Assembly (NCBI RefSeq): GCF_016433145.1
Contig: NC_058131.1
Coordinates: 658,483,394-658,547,393 of the forward strand
Source: Gracilinanus agilis
Lineage: Eukaryota
Length of the DNA stretch: 64,000 bases
Direction: 5' to 3'
The stretch's first letter is position 1, and each line of letters starts with the position of its first letter. The notes below the pieces were generated by a model. It saw only the letters and a list, made by a program, of their open reading frames with translations. It had not been told where the DNA came from and did not search any database. Positions 13,401-25,420 of this stretch are shown here, one piece after another. The translations under genes and the position numbers were made by a program.

Positions 13401-13795
13401 TTTTCTTTGAGGAAATATAAGTATAGGATCTTATATTTATACTCTTAAAATTTAATTATATTAGATGTAAGTAAATATTTAAATTTATAGAAAGACCTTT
13501 TGGAAACATGATTTTATAAACCAATGTACTAATTTATATCTATAAATAAGCATCATCTATAAATTTCATGAAAATATTTTAGGGTTATAGTATTTAAATA
13601 CAGAAGGAATCTTATATGTCAATTGGTCCAAAACTCATTTTGCAGATGAGAAAACTAAAGCTAGGGCAGTCCAACATTTTTTAAATGATCTTAGAATTAG
13701 TAAATAGAAAGTCTTGGATTTGACCCCAAATCTTTTTACATCTAAGCACATTTCCTCATCCACCATAATATCTCCTTTGCAAATTAATTCCAATA

Positions 13796-13987
13796 GGGGG
13801 CAGCTGGGTAGCTCAGTGGATTGAGAGCCAGGCCTAGAGACAGGAGGTCCTAGGTTCAAATCCGGCCTCAGACACTTCCCAGCTGTGTGACCCTGGGCAA
13901 GTCACTTGACCCCCATTGCCTACCCTTACCAATCTTCCACCTATAAGTCAATACACAGAAGTCAAAGGTTTAAAATTAAAAAAAAAT
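13796..13987 (+). mobile_element. SINE1_Mdo-type tRNA-derived SINE, young, short tail
   Basis: A box TAGCTCAGTGG 13809-13819, B box GGTTCAAATCC 13853-13863, A-rich tail, exact 12-bp TSD TTAATTCCAATA (13784-13795 / 13988-13999). Confidence 0.95.
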
Positions 13988-14049
13988 TTAATTCCAATAA
14001 CTGAAAAAAACACACTAGGAATAAGTACCCAATAAGTCACCATTATAAC

Positions 14050-15200
14050 CTCTTTAAGTTTGCATTCATTCATTGTACAAAACCCTTTGAGTATCCTCAT
14101 GCTTCAAGTAGCTAAGAGTTCACTTTAATCTCCTAGTCTCATTTTCTCTGTCTTGTTTACAAGGATATCAAAGGTGATTTACAAGGATATCCAAATGTCT
14201 CAAAATTTGAATACAGTAAATCATGATATTTAACACATTACTATCTAGAAACCATATTTAAATAGATAATGGGGTTATTTTGTCCTTCAATAAACCCAAG
14301 TTAACTCAGAGTTATCACAAGTATTGTGTTTAAAAGAGGATTTTTTGGATAAATCCATTAGTAAATAGTAAATAGTATCCTAATCATGTGGTAGAAACAA
14401 TGAACATTGAATATGAGGTATTTAATAATCTGTGCTAAACTATTGCTTATGGAGTAATAGCAAATTTACCAATCTATGGATTCTAAAATATACCTTCCCC
14501 TCTTTAAAAACTGGGCCATTTCCCATCTTCAATTTTTTAGTACCTTTCCCCTTTCCCATGATTCCTTAAAATCGTGAATAGCAATGCTGTGATCACTCCT
14601 ACAACTTTCCTTTAGTGTCTAGTGATGTAATTAATCTTAGCTAGATTATTTAAATTTTGTTCAAGAAACAAGGTGATCTTATGCTATTTCTTATTCTTTG
14701 GGGTTTTAATTCCCCACTTGTTCAACTATTTCCAGTTTGAAAATCATTCTCCTAAACTGAGCATCTGTTGACATTTTACCATCTGCCCCAAAGCAGAGGT
14801 GCTATCCTTACATTGTTTTCTCTTCAAATGTAATTTTTTGTCCTTCTGACAAAATCCTCTAATCATTTTAGGTTTTTACTTCCTTGAAATAATTGTTATA
14901 CACACATCCAAGTTTTTTGCATTCATTTGCCCATGTTTACAATTTTTACATATATCCCTTCAAAATCTATATTCATCACTTTTTCAAAGACATGAAATAA
15001 ATAATTCATTCAGAAGAAATCCTGTTCTTTGCTTAAATGCAAGTTTTTGATAAATATTATGTAGAGTTTAAATGACTGGTTTAAGAACATTTGATAAGAA
15101 TTTCATAGATATACTTTTGTGCTCTTCATCATGGTCTTAAAATTCACCATAAATCATTTCAGGATAACTCCACTCTTGAGGAAGACTGAACTGGAAAATA
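14050..15200 (-). mobile_element. Very old CR1/L3-like LINE remnant
   Basis: Patchy similarity to CR1 ORF2 in reverse (gttcactttaatctcctagtctc...; cttctgacaaaatcctctaatc...catatatcccttc). Confidence 0.4.
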
Positions 15201-15754
15201 TTTTAGAAGAGAATAAACAGTTTGCTTCCTTGGTGTCATAGTACTCCAAGGTTAATATCCATTTTTAGAAAATGAAACTATTTTGACAAGCTACACTGAT
15301 TGAGAATAAAGGGAAGTTTCATTATAACTTGGAATATTTTTCATAGCAAGGGCAATCAGTATACCTTCTATTATGAACACCATTGACTTGTGAATATAGC
15401 TAGAGCAAATTACTTAAATTATATTTGGGTTGAGACAAATATCATCAGCTAAATGTTTCAATGTTTACCTTGGAAAATCTGTGATGAACTTGAAATACCT
15501 CTTAAGATTTTCATCCTGTTATTATTCTGTGTCTTATTATAGACACTATATTATATTATCTTTAGAGCCAAACTCTCTCTTAGAATGTTTCAGAATCACC
15601 TTACTGCAGTACATGGAACACAGGCTGATGCATAATTGTTTTCTATTTTATTTTATTGACAACAAAAAAATAAAAGTCATTAAGTTATTCTCTCTTAAGG
15701 CTTTGGAAGAAATATTTAGAAAATGGACCAGTCTTGAGCAAAACTTAATATATT

Positions 15755-15871
15755 GGGGACAATTAGGTGGTTTAGTGGATAGAGTCAGGCCCTAACAACC
15801 TATCCCTTACTACTCTTCTGCCTTGGAACCAATACTTAGTATTGATTCCAAAACAGAAGGTAAGTGTTTTA
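15755..15871 (+). mobile_element. Internally deleted SINE1_Mdo
   Basis: Head ggggacaattaggtggtttagtggatagagtcaggcc joined directly to tail cccttactactcttctgccttggaaccaatac...gaaggtaag. Confidence 0.85.
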
Positions 15872-17389
15872 ATGTTTAAATGTTACTAGATCTCCCTGAG
15901 TGATGGCTATATTACTAAATAGAGAAGGTCTTGCATTTCTTTTCATTTAGATGCTCAAAGTCATTAGCAACTGTTTGAATTTCTCCCATGGATATTATTA
16001 TTTGATAGACAATATCTGGTGAACCTCAAAGACGTTCACTCAGAAAAGAATCCAATTAGCCTAATCTAGGGAGACCTCTCAACAATCACTACTTTGTAAA
16101 ACCTAACCAACTCAGATCAGTCCCCTGGATATTTTCTGCCATCCACAGATAGACTAAAATTAATGTTATGTTCTCTTTCTCATTCAGTAATAGGAGGGTT
16201 TATCATGTGTCCCCAGGGAAAAGTTTGATCTGTGAGGAGAGGGAAATATAAAATATTAGGTAAGAAAGCTTTCTCAGATACTGTAGATGAGGAATTCCTT
16301 GGGGTCCAAGGTCCTTCTTGGCACCTTAACAACACAATAGCCTTCAGTTCTTATTCTGAAACATATTTCCGACTAATGAGCTCAAGATATGGGGAAAGAG
16401 GTAGAATCATTAAAGTATGTGTGTTTTGTGCTTTGTGTGTGTGTGCATTTATGTGTCTATAACAGTAATCAGATCACTAGTACCATGATATTTCCCTAAT
16501 AATGGTTAAAATATTTCTAACTCAACTTATCCAATTATGGGTAATGAATAATCAGGTGAAGAAAACATTTTTTAAACTTGAAGTTGTCCCCAATTCACTT
16601 TTGTTCTATTCAAAATACTTATCAAATATTTAAATAAAAGTGGTCATTTCTAGTTTGGATGACAATAAGGAATGCTCCTTTCCCCAGGTTTCCACATATC
16701 TAAATAAAACGAGAAAATTAATTATGAACAGAAACTCCTGGTTTCCTTCAGAACATTTTTTATTTGAGAAGCTGTATTGTCCTTTGTATTCTTTCTCATA
16801 TTTTTTCTTCTTCTCTGGTTGAATTATACCTATTAGTGAAATCCCAAGATTATTCTATGCTTTCAAAATACATGGAATCAGTTTGGAAACAAGTTTCTTT
16901 GACAGGAACAAATTGAATATTAACAAAAACATCTGAATGGAGTAGATATTATTTAATCAGAAAGTGTTTAATTGAAAGCTCTTGCTCATCAACCTAATAA
17001 CAGTAAATGATAATAGCTTCCATCTAACAGGAGCTGGGCCACTATATATCATGCTTAATGGGGAGCCTAGGACCACAGGTGTAAGTGGTCCTCAACTAGG
17101 TGTTAAATAAGCATGAAACAATTTAGCTGCTTGTTTTCCTAGTAATTTCCTTGATTCAGAAAGTAAATGGAGATATCTTCCTTTAATTATGATGATGCTT
17201 AAGTCAAGAGGAAAAAGAAGGATGAATGAAAGAATATTCTAGCTAAATGGGTTTGCCTCCCCATCCCCACACCATTCACAATGGTCTCATTTCTTCTTAT
17301 TATAAGTATCTTAGTATTAAAAATAATGACTACTTGAGCCATGCATTATAATAAAGAGGTAAAGGGATGGGGCATGATACAGTTTTAAC

Positions 17390-17560
17390 AATTTTCTTGT
17401 GTTGATATTATTCAAAGATATTTTATTTTCCCAATTAAATATAATAATTTTAGTCTATGTTTTCTGAATATATAACATCCATATTGTCTCTCTTTTTCCC
17501 TTCTTTTCCCCTTTTCGGAGATGAAAAGCAATTTGATATGGTTTTTCACATTTTCTTAAG
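17390..17560 (-). mobile_element. L1 3' terminus, reverse
   Basis: gatattttattttcccaattaaat...ccatattgtctctc...gaaaagcaatttgatatgg. Confidence 0.6.
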
Positions 17561-18184
17561 GAAAATAGGTAGGCTATATAAGTGTTCATCCAAATTTCTC
17601 ATATAAATACATACATATACACACATTTCAGCTAGTATGTTAAAATAGTGAATCCTATTTGTATTTTAAAAGTACATTTTGATTACATGACTATTAAGTG
17701 ATACAGCTAGAACTAGAATTCAGGAATCTAGATCTTTGGGTTCCTGGGAAATTCTATCAAAACAAGTCTTTTTTCTACTTTTTTTTATTCTAAATTTCCA
17801 CATTCTTTCTTTCTGATCATATTCTCTCTGCGTGTAGGTCCCCATATCTGTATTTCTTTCTACTTCTATGACTTTGCCTATTTGTCTGTCTTATCCCTCT
17901 TTGCTTTTGTTTTTTTTTTTCTATATCTCTTTCTATGCCGGTATCATTTCCCATTTTTCTCCATTTCTTATTATGCCCATTTCACAGATGAATAAAGCAA
18001 GGCAGAAAGATTAATTTTTCCAAGGTCATAAAAGTCTGGATATGAATGCGTATCTTCCTAAATTATGTCCCAACATTCTATGTACTTGGCCACATAGAAA
18101 AATTCTAAATAATACTTCTTAATCTCTTATGAAATGATCAAAGAGACAGTCATACTATAGCAGATAAAGAATTGCTCTCAGAGC

Positions 18185-18360
18185 CAGGGCTATCTGAATT
18201 CAAGTTCAATATCTACACATATTGGCTGTGTGTCCCTTGGCAAATGACTTAATCTCTTAGACTCCTGGGAAATTCAGCGAGACTTGAGTTTATAGCTTCC
18301 AACTTGTTTTGATAGAATTTCCTCATTGGTATTTCCCTATACTAATGTACTCAGAAGTTT
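18185..18360 (+). mobile_element. CORE-SINE (MdoRep1-like)
   Basis: ctggctgtgtgtcccttggcaaatgacttaatctc...tttccctatactaatg tail. Confidence 0.6.
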
Positions 18361-20757
18361 AAATTTAAAAAAAAGAGAGAAATTACTACTGCAATCTTGT
18401 CTTAAAGAGAGTACCATCCTTTCCCCAAAATGGTAAAATCTCCTAGTCGAACTTAAAAAAATGCATTAAATATTGTAAACACTTATTTGAATAACCTTTA
18501 AAGATTTTTAACATCAGATGCAAAGCATTCATTAGTTCTTCATGATTCAAAATAGCAAGTCCTCTGAAACTAATGTACCAACATGAGAGGAAAAGAGAAG
18601 CCAGCATTAATGAAGACGTCCCAAGGCTATCAACTCAATCACCATCTATGCTAAGGAACAGCATCAGAACTGTCCCTCACTGTGTGCTTAAATAACTGGC
18701 CAAACTTTGTCCAAAGTTTCCATTTCATGCAAGTAGAGAGGGATTTTATTTCCAGAACCTCTAAGTCATGGGTTTTGAGATCTAATGCTTCTTTAAATAA
18801 TCAAGCAATGCTGTAGGTTGAGGAGAAGTATATAGTTAAGCAACAGCTCTAGCGAAAGGGGAAAAAATGAGTCACAATTTTCTGTGTTCTATGATTCAGA
18901 ATAATCAATTTAATAACTATATCATATGAGAAAAACAAAAGGAAGGAAAGAGGTTTGGATATAAATGATCAGTGAAGCTTATAAAATTCAAGGAAAAAAA
19001 CAAATTATAAGTGTAGTCTGGGGAATAAGAACTCAGTAGGATATATATTTTCTGATTCTAATTTGATTTCCTACAAAGGGGTGCAAAGCAATGAAGCTGC
19101 AGTGCCTATAAGCGCATTACTTATCTACATAAATTTGGAACCTGTTTATTGGCAATTGGGGTGTAATCCTGTGTCTGAAGACGTCATAAAACAGCCACCT
19201 TCCATAACCCCACCAATGGCTTTGTGCTCTGCCTGGCATGGGGCTGTTTTGGTACATTTGGGCTGGTTATTCTTACTAAAAGGTCTTTTATGAGCAGGTG
19301 TGTTTTCCTTTAAAAACTGATAAATTTCAAGGGAATTAATGAACTGAGGGAAAAGCATGACACCATAATTTCATTAGAACATGCTTATGGACTTCTAGAG
19401 ATGATCCAGGGAGCTGAAGCTAGTGCTAGCTATTTGGCCTGGTGGTTCAACATCACATAATCATTTCTTTTGTCTTTCCTCGAAAGGCTGGTTTAATTAG
19501 AAGTAAGTATTTCTGAACATCAGGGAATAAATGAGAACATTATTCTTTGACATGTATGAGTCTTATCATGAATGAAATTAAATATTTGAGTAATATTTAA
19601 ATAAATGTATTATAAGAATATAATATGTATATAGATAAGTGTTTGCTGAGTGCAACAAATTTAGCACTTAACATTCCGACTTCTGGTTTATATTTCTCAG
19701 ATATTAGAGAAGACGAGGCACTTTGGCCTCCCATATTTACCATTCAAACTCATCCATCACAACGATTTTGGTGTTTGTCTCTATATTGTGCCACATTCCA
19801 TTTTCTCCCCCGCTATGCACAGAGTGAACAGAAAAGATTGTGGGTCAGTGGATGGCCCTGGCTTACCGGCAGTGTTTGTGTGACCCAGTCAAGGTTTCAA
19901 TCACAAAGCATTCTCCTTCATTCAGACAGTATGCAAGATCCTTGTCTTTGCAGGGCTTAAAGTGCTCTGATCGTTCAGTGGAATATGTGGTCGTATCTGT
20001 CAAAGGAAACACAAGGGAAGGAAAAATACAGTCAGTATCTCATCAAAATCCAAGCCCATTTTGCTAGACAGGTCCCATAAGCAATCCTAGAATTATGTGT
20101 ATTGACAGACTTTATTATGGAAAAGAAGGATAGGACTTCATGGCACAATATGGACAAGCAAGACAACTTGCTGCCTCTGTTCATATGGGAACAGTTATGC
20201 AGAATATGGTCTCTTTATAATATTGTTATATTTCTAAATTATATTTTAATCAGTTGACTCACCACTCCATATATATCCAGTTTAGAAAACATATTAGCAG
20301 TTAAAAAAAAAAAGATGAGTTATATGGTAGTAAAGTTTTCTGTGTCTGCTTTCATTAATTTAGATTTTAACAAATATGGTACATGGGAAATGGATACTTC
20401 CATCTCTCGTTTTTTATTGCCTCCACATGTTATTAAACATCTGATCAACTGATATCGTGACTATTTGGTGGCAATGTGGATTTCTGTTTTTTTAGTTACA
20501 GTTCTAATTGGCTAATAGCAGAACCAATTATTCCTTCAGTGTTTCTCCCTTTATTGCATAATTAAAATGCTAATGCAACAAATACTGAAACAGAATTTCA
20601 TGTGTGAAGAATGTTGGATTCACCTATTTAATAGAATTAGATCTTTGCTATTTCTTAGTTTTCTTTGAGGGATAGGGATATAGAGAGAAATGTCACTTTT
20701 CTAATGCAAGTCATTTCAAATCAAGACACATTATTTTTACATGTGGATATTGGGAGT

Positions 20758-20951
20758 NNNNNNNNNNNNNNNNNNNNNNNNNNNNNNNNNNNNNNNNNNN
20801 NNNNNNNNNNNNNNNNNNNNNNNNNNNNNNNNNNNNNNNNNNNNNNNNNNNNNNNNNNNNNNNNNNNNNNNNNNNNNNNNNNNNNNNNNNNNNNNNNNNN
20901 NNNNNNNNNNNNNNNNNNNNNNNNNNNNNNNNNNNNNNNNNNNNNNNNNNN
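20758..20951. other. Assembly gap (194 N)
   Basis: Run of N. Confidence 1.
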
Positions 20952-21290
20952 GAAAGAAAGCAGCCTCTGTCCTCCAGAACCTTACATTCTACTTAGTTCA
21001 GAAGAACAGAGGACACAACATGTAAATAATTAAGCCTGTATCTAATCTTGAGGAGCAGGTGCAAAGTTTACTAACAACTGAATGATGAAGGAGAGTGAGA
21101 AACCTTCCTTATATGCACTGGCACATAAGCTGACACTTGAAAGAAAAATCAGAGAAATTCTGGAGAGTGGAGGAGAAGAGGAGGTACATTGTAGACATGG
21201 CACAAGACTATGCAAAGTTATGGAGATGGAGATATTTGGCTAGAAAGGAAAATTTGTGAAAAGAGCAATTAAACAGTTGCCTGAGGTGTA
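20952..21290 (-). mobile_element. L2 fragment, reverse
   Basis: cctccagaaccttacattctact...ctgacacttgaaagaaaaatcagag purine-rich L2 pattern. Confidence 0.6.
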
Positions 21291-21783
21291 TTCTCCTATT
21301 TGTATTTTCTCTGATATTTCTGTTTCTGTCACATGAGTTAAGTGCGTTTCCTTGCTACTAGCTATGCATAATTATTGTGGAACTGGTATTTGGTGGGAAA
21401 AGGGTGAAGTTTGGAATGTAAAGCCTGGGATTATGTCACTCACTTAAATGAATGAAACAGTGATTAGAAGGGAGCTTCAACTTAATGTCAGATTCCCTGG
21501 ACTGATAATATTTAAGGAAACAGATAGATATAATGGTAGCTGAGTAACACCTCCCTCTGAGGAAAACAGAATGGTCAAGCTTCTGGACGCAACATCTGGC
21601 TTCCTTTCTGGAAAAACTATACCCACACTCACACATTTATGAACAAGCACACAAATGCATGCGAACATATCTATATGTGTATAGATGCATACATATATGT
21701 CCACATGTCCTTATATACATATGTTTATACTTATATTTATCTACTTAAATTAATATTCATTGGGATAGCATGATGATCTAGGA

Positions 21784-21985
21784 CAGTGATGGACAAACTA
21801 CAGCCCATGGGCCAGATGCAGTCCTCTGAAATGTTCTATCTGGCCAGTGGCATTATTCCTAATCTGATGAATACAATGAGTAGGATACAATACAATGAAA
21901 TTTCAAAAGAGTTGCCTTAGAAACAGACTGACAGATGAGCATTTCCTTTCCTTTGGCCCCTCTTTAAAAAGTTTGGCCATCACTG
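21784..21985. mobile_element. hAT-Charlie MITE (202 bp), OposCharlie/OC1-like subterminal motifs
   Basis: TIRs CAGTGATGGACAAACT / AGTTTGGCCATCACTG; flanks ATCTAGGA / GTATAGTA fit a decayed NTCTAGAN-type 8-bp TSD. Confidence 0.9.
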
Positions 21986-22120
21986 GTATAGTAGATAGGA
22001 CACAAGACAGGAAGTCAGGAAGATCTGAGTTCAAATTTGACTTCAGACACTTAATAGCTGGGTGATCTTGGGAAAGTCACTTAACACTGTTTGCTTGAGT
22101 TTCCTCATCTATAAATTAAA
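21986..22120 (+). mobile_element. MAR1/MIR head and core
   Basis: gaagtcaggaagatctgagttcaaatttgacttcagacacttaatagctgggtgatcttgggaaagtcacttaacactgtttgc. Confidence 0.75.
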
Positions 22121-22221
22121 TCTATGTGATCTTGAGAAATACTTTAAATGTCTCTAGGTAGGACTCAGTTTCCTTATCTATATAAGAATGGGTTTATATT
22201 AGACAACCTTTGAGGTTATAA

Positions 22222-22390
22222 GCTAGTGGTTTTTAAATCATTTATTATGGACTTCTTTGAAAAAACTGGTAAAACCTATGGATCCCATTTTAGAATAAAC
22301 TATTTTAAATGCATAGATTAAAAACACATATTATATTGAAATATGATTGTCAAAATATCAAATAATCAAGTTCCCAGAACCCATAATACC
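22222..22390. mobile_element. hAT-Charlie (Charlie4a-like) fragment
   Basis: ctagtggtttttaa...atggacttctttg...ctggtaaaacctatggatcccattttagaata...tattatattgaaata. Confidence 0.6.
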
Positions 22391-22494
22391 ATCCCTTGTA
22401 TGTAAGCATGAAAATAATAGAGGAATTGGGAAGGTAATAGAAAAAAAATCTGCAGGGATTTCAGATAAATATTAAGAGACATGGAACAAAAGGC

Positions 22495-22705
22495 AGAATG
22501 TCATAGTAAAAAGAGTCCTGGACTTGGAGTGCTAAGAGGCAGAGGTTCTAGTCCCGCCTTTGACATACCAGCTATGTGACTGAGTAAATCAGGCAATTCT
22601 GCAAGACTATCATTGATAGAAAAGTTACAGATTTGCTTACATATGCTTACTATATAGAATTTTCACTAAAGATCCCTTACCAATAAGAAGTCACAGGTCC
22701 TGACC
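22495..22705 (+). mobile_element. CORE-SINE (MdoRep1-like)
   Basis: ctggacttggagtg...aagactat...cccttaccaataagaagtcacaggtcc. Confidence 0.6.
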
Positions 22706-24744
22706 ACTCTCCCCTGTTCCATTATTTCAATGTTTCTATAGACATAGAAAGCAAAGGCTGTTGTCCCGTCTTCTAAAATATAAGCTTTTTGTAATCGGAT
22801 GCCTGTTACTGATACCATGTTAGGGACACTAACAGGTTTTCAATTTCCAAAGCTGAAACTTTGGTGGCTTAATGTCTTTCATGAGAGACTTATTCTTCCT
22901 ATGTCTACATGACTCGCCATAAATAGCCTAATGCTAAAAGAATGATGAATCCATGGAGTCTTAAAGATGAAAAGGACATTAAAAGGTAACAATGATTTCA
23001 TCAATTTCACCTAATATCCATGGATTTGTTTTTACCTAAACTGTTGACTATTTGAGGTAGATGGCATGCTTTCAAATTCTACTTTGACACCTATTAGCCA
23101 TGTCACCTTCATATGGCTAAAACTCAGTTTTTTCCTCTAATCAAATGGGGATAATCCAAAACCCCTCTTCTATAATATAGTTATGGGGAAAATAACATGT
23201 AAAGGTTGTATAATTTTTGGTGTGTTCAATATTTGGGATACGTAGGTGGGTATCCATAGAGTAAATTACTTCTGTGACAGCATTTGTCCACAGTAAATGC
23301 TTAATATTCAAGAGCTCATACCAAGAAATTAGATGTGAAATACAACATTCTCAGCAGCTACTCTGATTGTTGCACTACATTAATTCACTATCAGTGAGCT
23401 AACTTTTCCTTTAATTTCTTATTATCCATTTATTGATATTCACTGATCATTCCTACATGAACAGCTTAGTCATTTACATAACATACAACATAAAGAGTGA
23501 GATTCTTGTTTTTTAATCAGAGATTTTAATTAGCTACAATTTCAGAGTACAATACAATGGCAAGTCAATTACGATCAATTAAGTTCCATCTGACAATTGC
23601 TGTCTCTAGTGGTTGCCACACTATGCTGTGGGATGATTTCTCTAGTCATATTTGAACATCTCCTGAAGATTAATAAGTTTCAGGATATATAAATGAAAAT
23701 CCTTGAGATAAATTAGAGAAAATAAATTCTCCACTGAGGATTTAACCTTTAAATTCATTAATGTTTTCATACCTTCATTTGTTGTTGTTCATATTATTTT
23801 TACAATTTGAAATCAAATGTTCCTCTATTAGGAATTGCCACATTATTGTGTCTTAAGTCAGCTTTAGTAATGAAGCAGTAAGAATTAAACTTAAAAAATA
23901 TTTTGCCCCACAACATCCCACAGTGAAAAAGCATCTTTGTTTTTTTACCAGCGAAATTCATATGTTCAAAGATATATCTCAGTTCCTCATAGATATTAGA
24001 CAATGTATGTTATTTTGATTAAAATTATTTTTAAAAAGCCTGCTAAAAGCACAGAAATCCTTAAAATTTTTGTTTATTTGACCATATCCCTATAAGTTCA
24101 AAACAACTCACTCAAACAGAAATATCTTAGTGAATGATATTGTTTGTTTGAATATTTTGGCCATTCTTAACCCACCCCACACGCCACATTGAATTAGTTG
24201 GTTACTTTGCCAATGAGTAGATCAATAAATGATATAAGGGAGCTCTCTAGTCCACACAGATTCACAATTCTTTCTTCTATCTCTGATGGGAAACTAAAGG
24301 AGAAGTGTGAGGGAGGTAACGGTTATCCTTTTGTGATATCTAACTCAATGGGATAAAGATGAGTTCTACTATTTTAGTTTCTTTAATAGTGTGAGGTAAA
24401 TTTGACATCCATGAACTGAACTAAACACTTTTGGTACCTATTTATATATTTTGTTTTTTGAACTTTGGAAGTAATAAATTATATTAACTAGATGATTGTG
24501 CAAAATATATTTTGTTTTTTCTTCCTAACATTACATTAATAAGGCTACAAGGGGCATTCTCTTATTATCATATATGATACTCAAATCATACATGCCATTT
24601 TAAATTTATTTACCATTAAGTTTCTATGTTACATAATTTAGTATATATATATATATTCTTTAGCTGCTTTAGTTGACTGAATTTTCTCTTCACAGAATGA
24701 TATCTTGAGGTCCCCTTTAGTATGAGAGTTAAATTATACTTTAA

Positions 24745-24930
24745 AGAAGAAAATGGCTTCCTTAAATTAGAATTGGACTAATGGAAGCTAATGTCTTCAA
24801 AGGACAACAGAAAACAATAAAACAAATTCAAAGAATGAGAAAATAGAGGAAAATCTAAAATCTCTACTGAAAAACAAACTGACATAGACAATAGATTCAG
24901 GAGAGATAAACAGAGAAAATTATTACATTT
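24745..24930 (+). mobile_element. L1 ORF1 fragment
   Basis: actgacatagacaatagattcaggagagataa translates TDIDNRFRRD, cf. the L1 ORF1 motif TDLENRSRRDN. Confidence 0.6.
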
Positions 24931-25420
24931 TCAGAGAAAACATTTATTTTGACCTCAGAAAATAGGAAATACAACAAACTAGGCTCATTTTTTATTATCA
25001 AGACATAAAAATGGAGAAAATAATGAATATTAAAATCAAAAGTATGCCTTAAGTATCTTTTTTTCTAAGAAAGTCTGTTAATTTATCAGCACAATCCTGA
25101 CATTTAATTCTCTGCAACAAAAAGTTTCTCACTCTCCAAGTTGAGAAGGAGGATTATTTATATTTTTAATTTTTTCAAGTACATGTCAATTTTTGACCTT
25201 CATAGAAAGGCCATGTGACTAGACCTTGTGATCTACCAGTTACCCAGGCCATTGTTAACAAGATTATCAGTTGACATTCAGATGATATCTATCTTCTTTG
25301 GGGGAGAATGTCTGAGACCCATAAATAGTAGTCAGTGCCCTACAGGGAAATGTACTAATGATAATGGAAAAAAGGAGATGTTCCCAAATCCAAATGATAA
25401 ATTAAGAATTGAATAAAGAA

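Noticed and set aside
13796-13870. tRNA gene (also the heads of other SINEs)
   Set aside because: The A/B boxes belong to a tRNA-derived SINE head; no cloverleaf, and it continues into the CORE and tail
20665-21033. 122-aa and 94-aa ORFs
   Set aside because: Both span the 194-N gap
23940-24010. Small + strand exon (EIHMFKDISQFLIDIRQ)
   Set aside because: Short pyrimidine tract, weak donor (AAT|GTATGT), no recognisable homology
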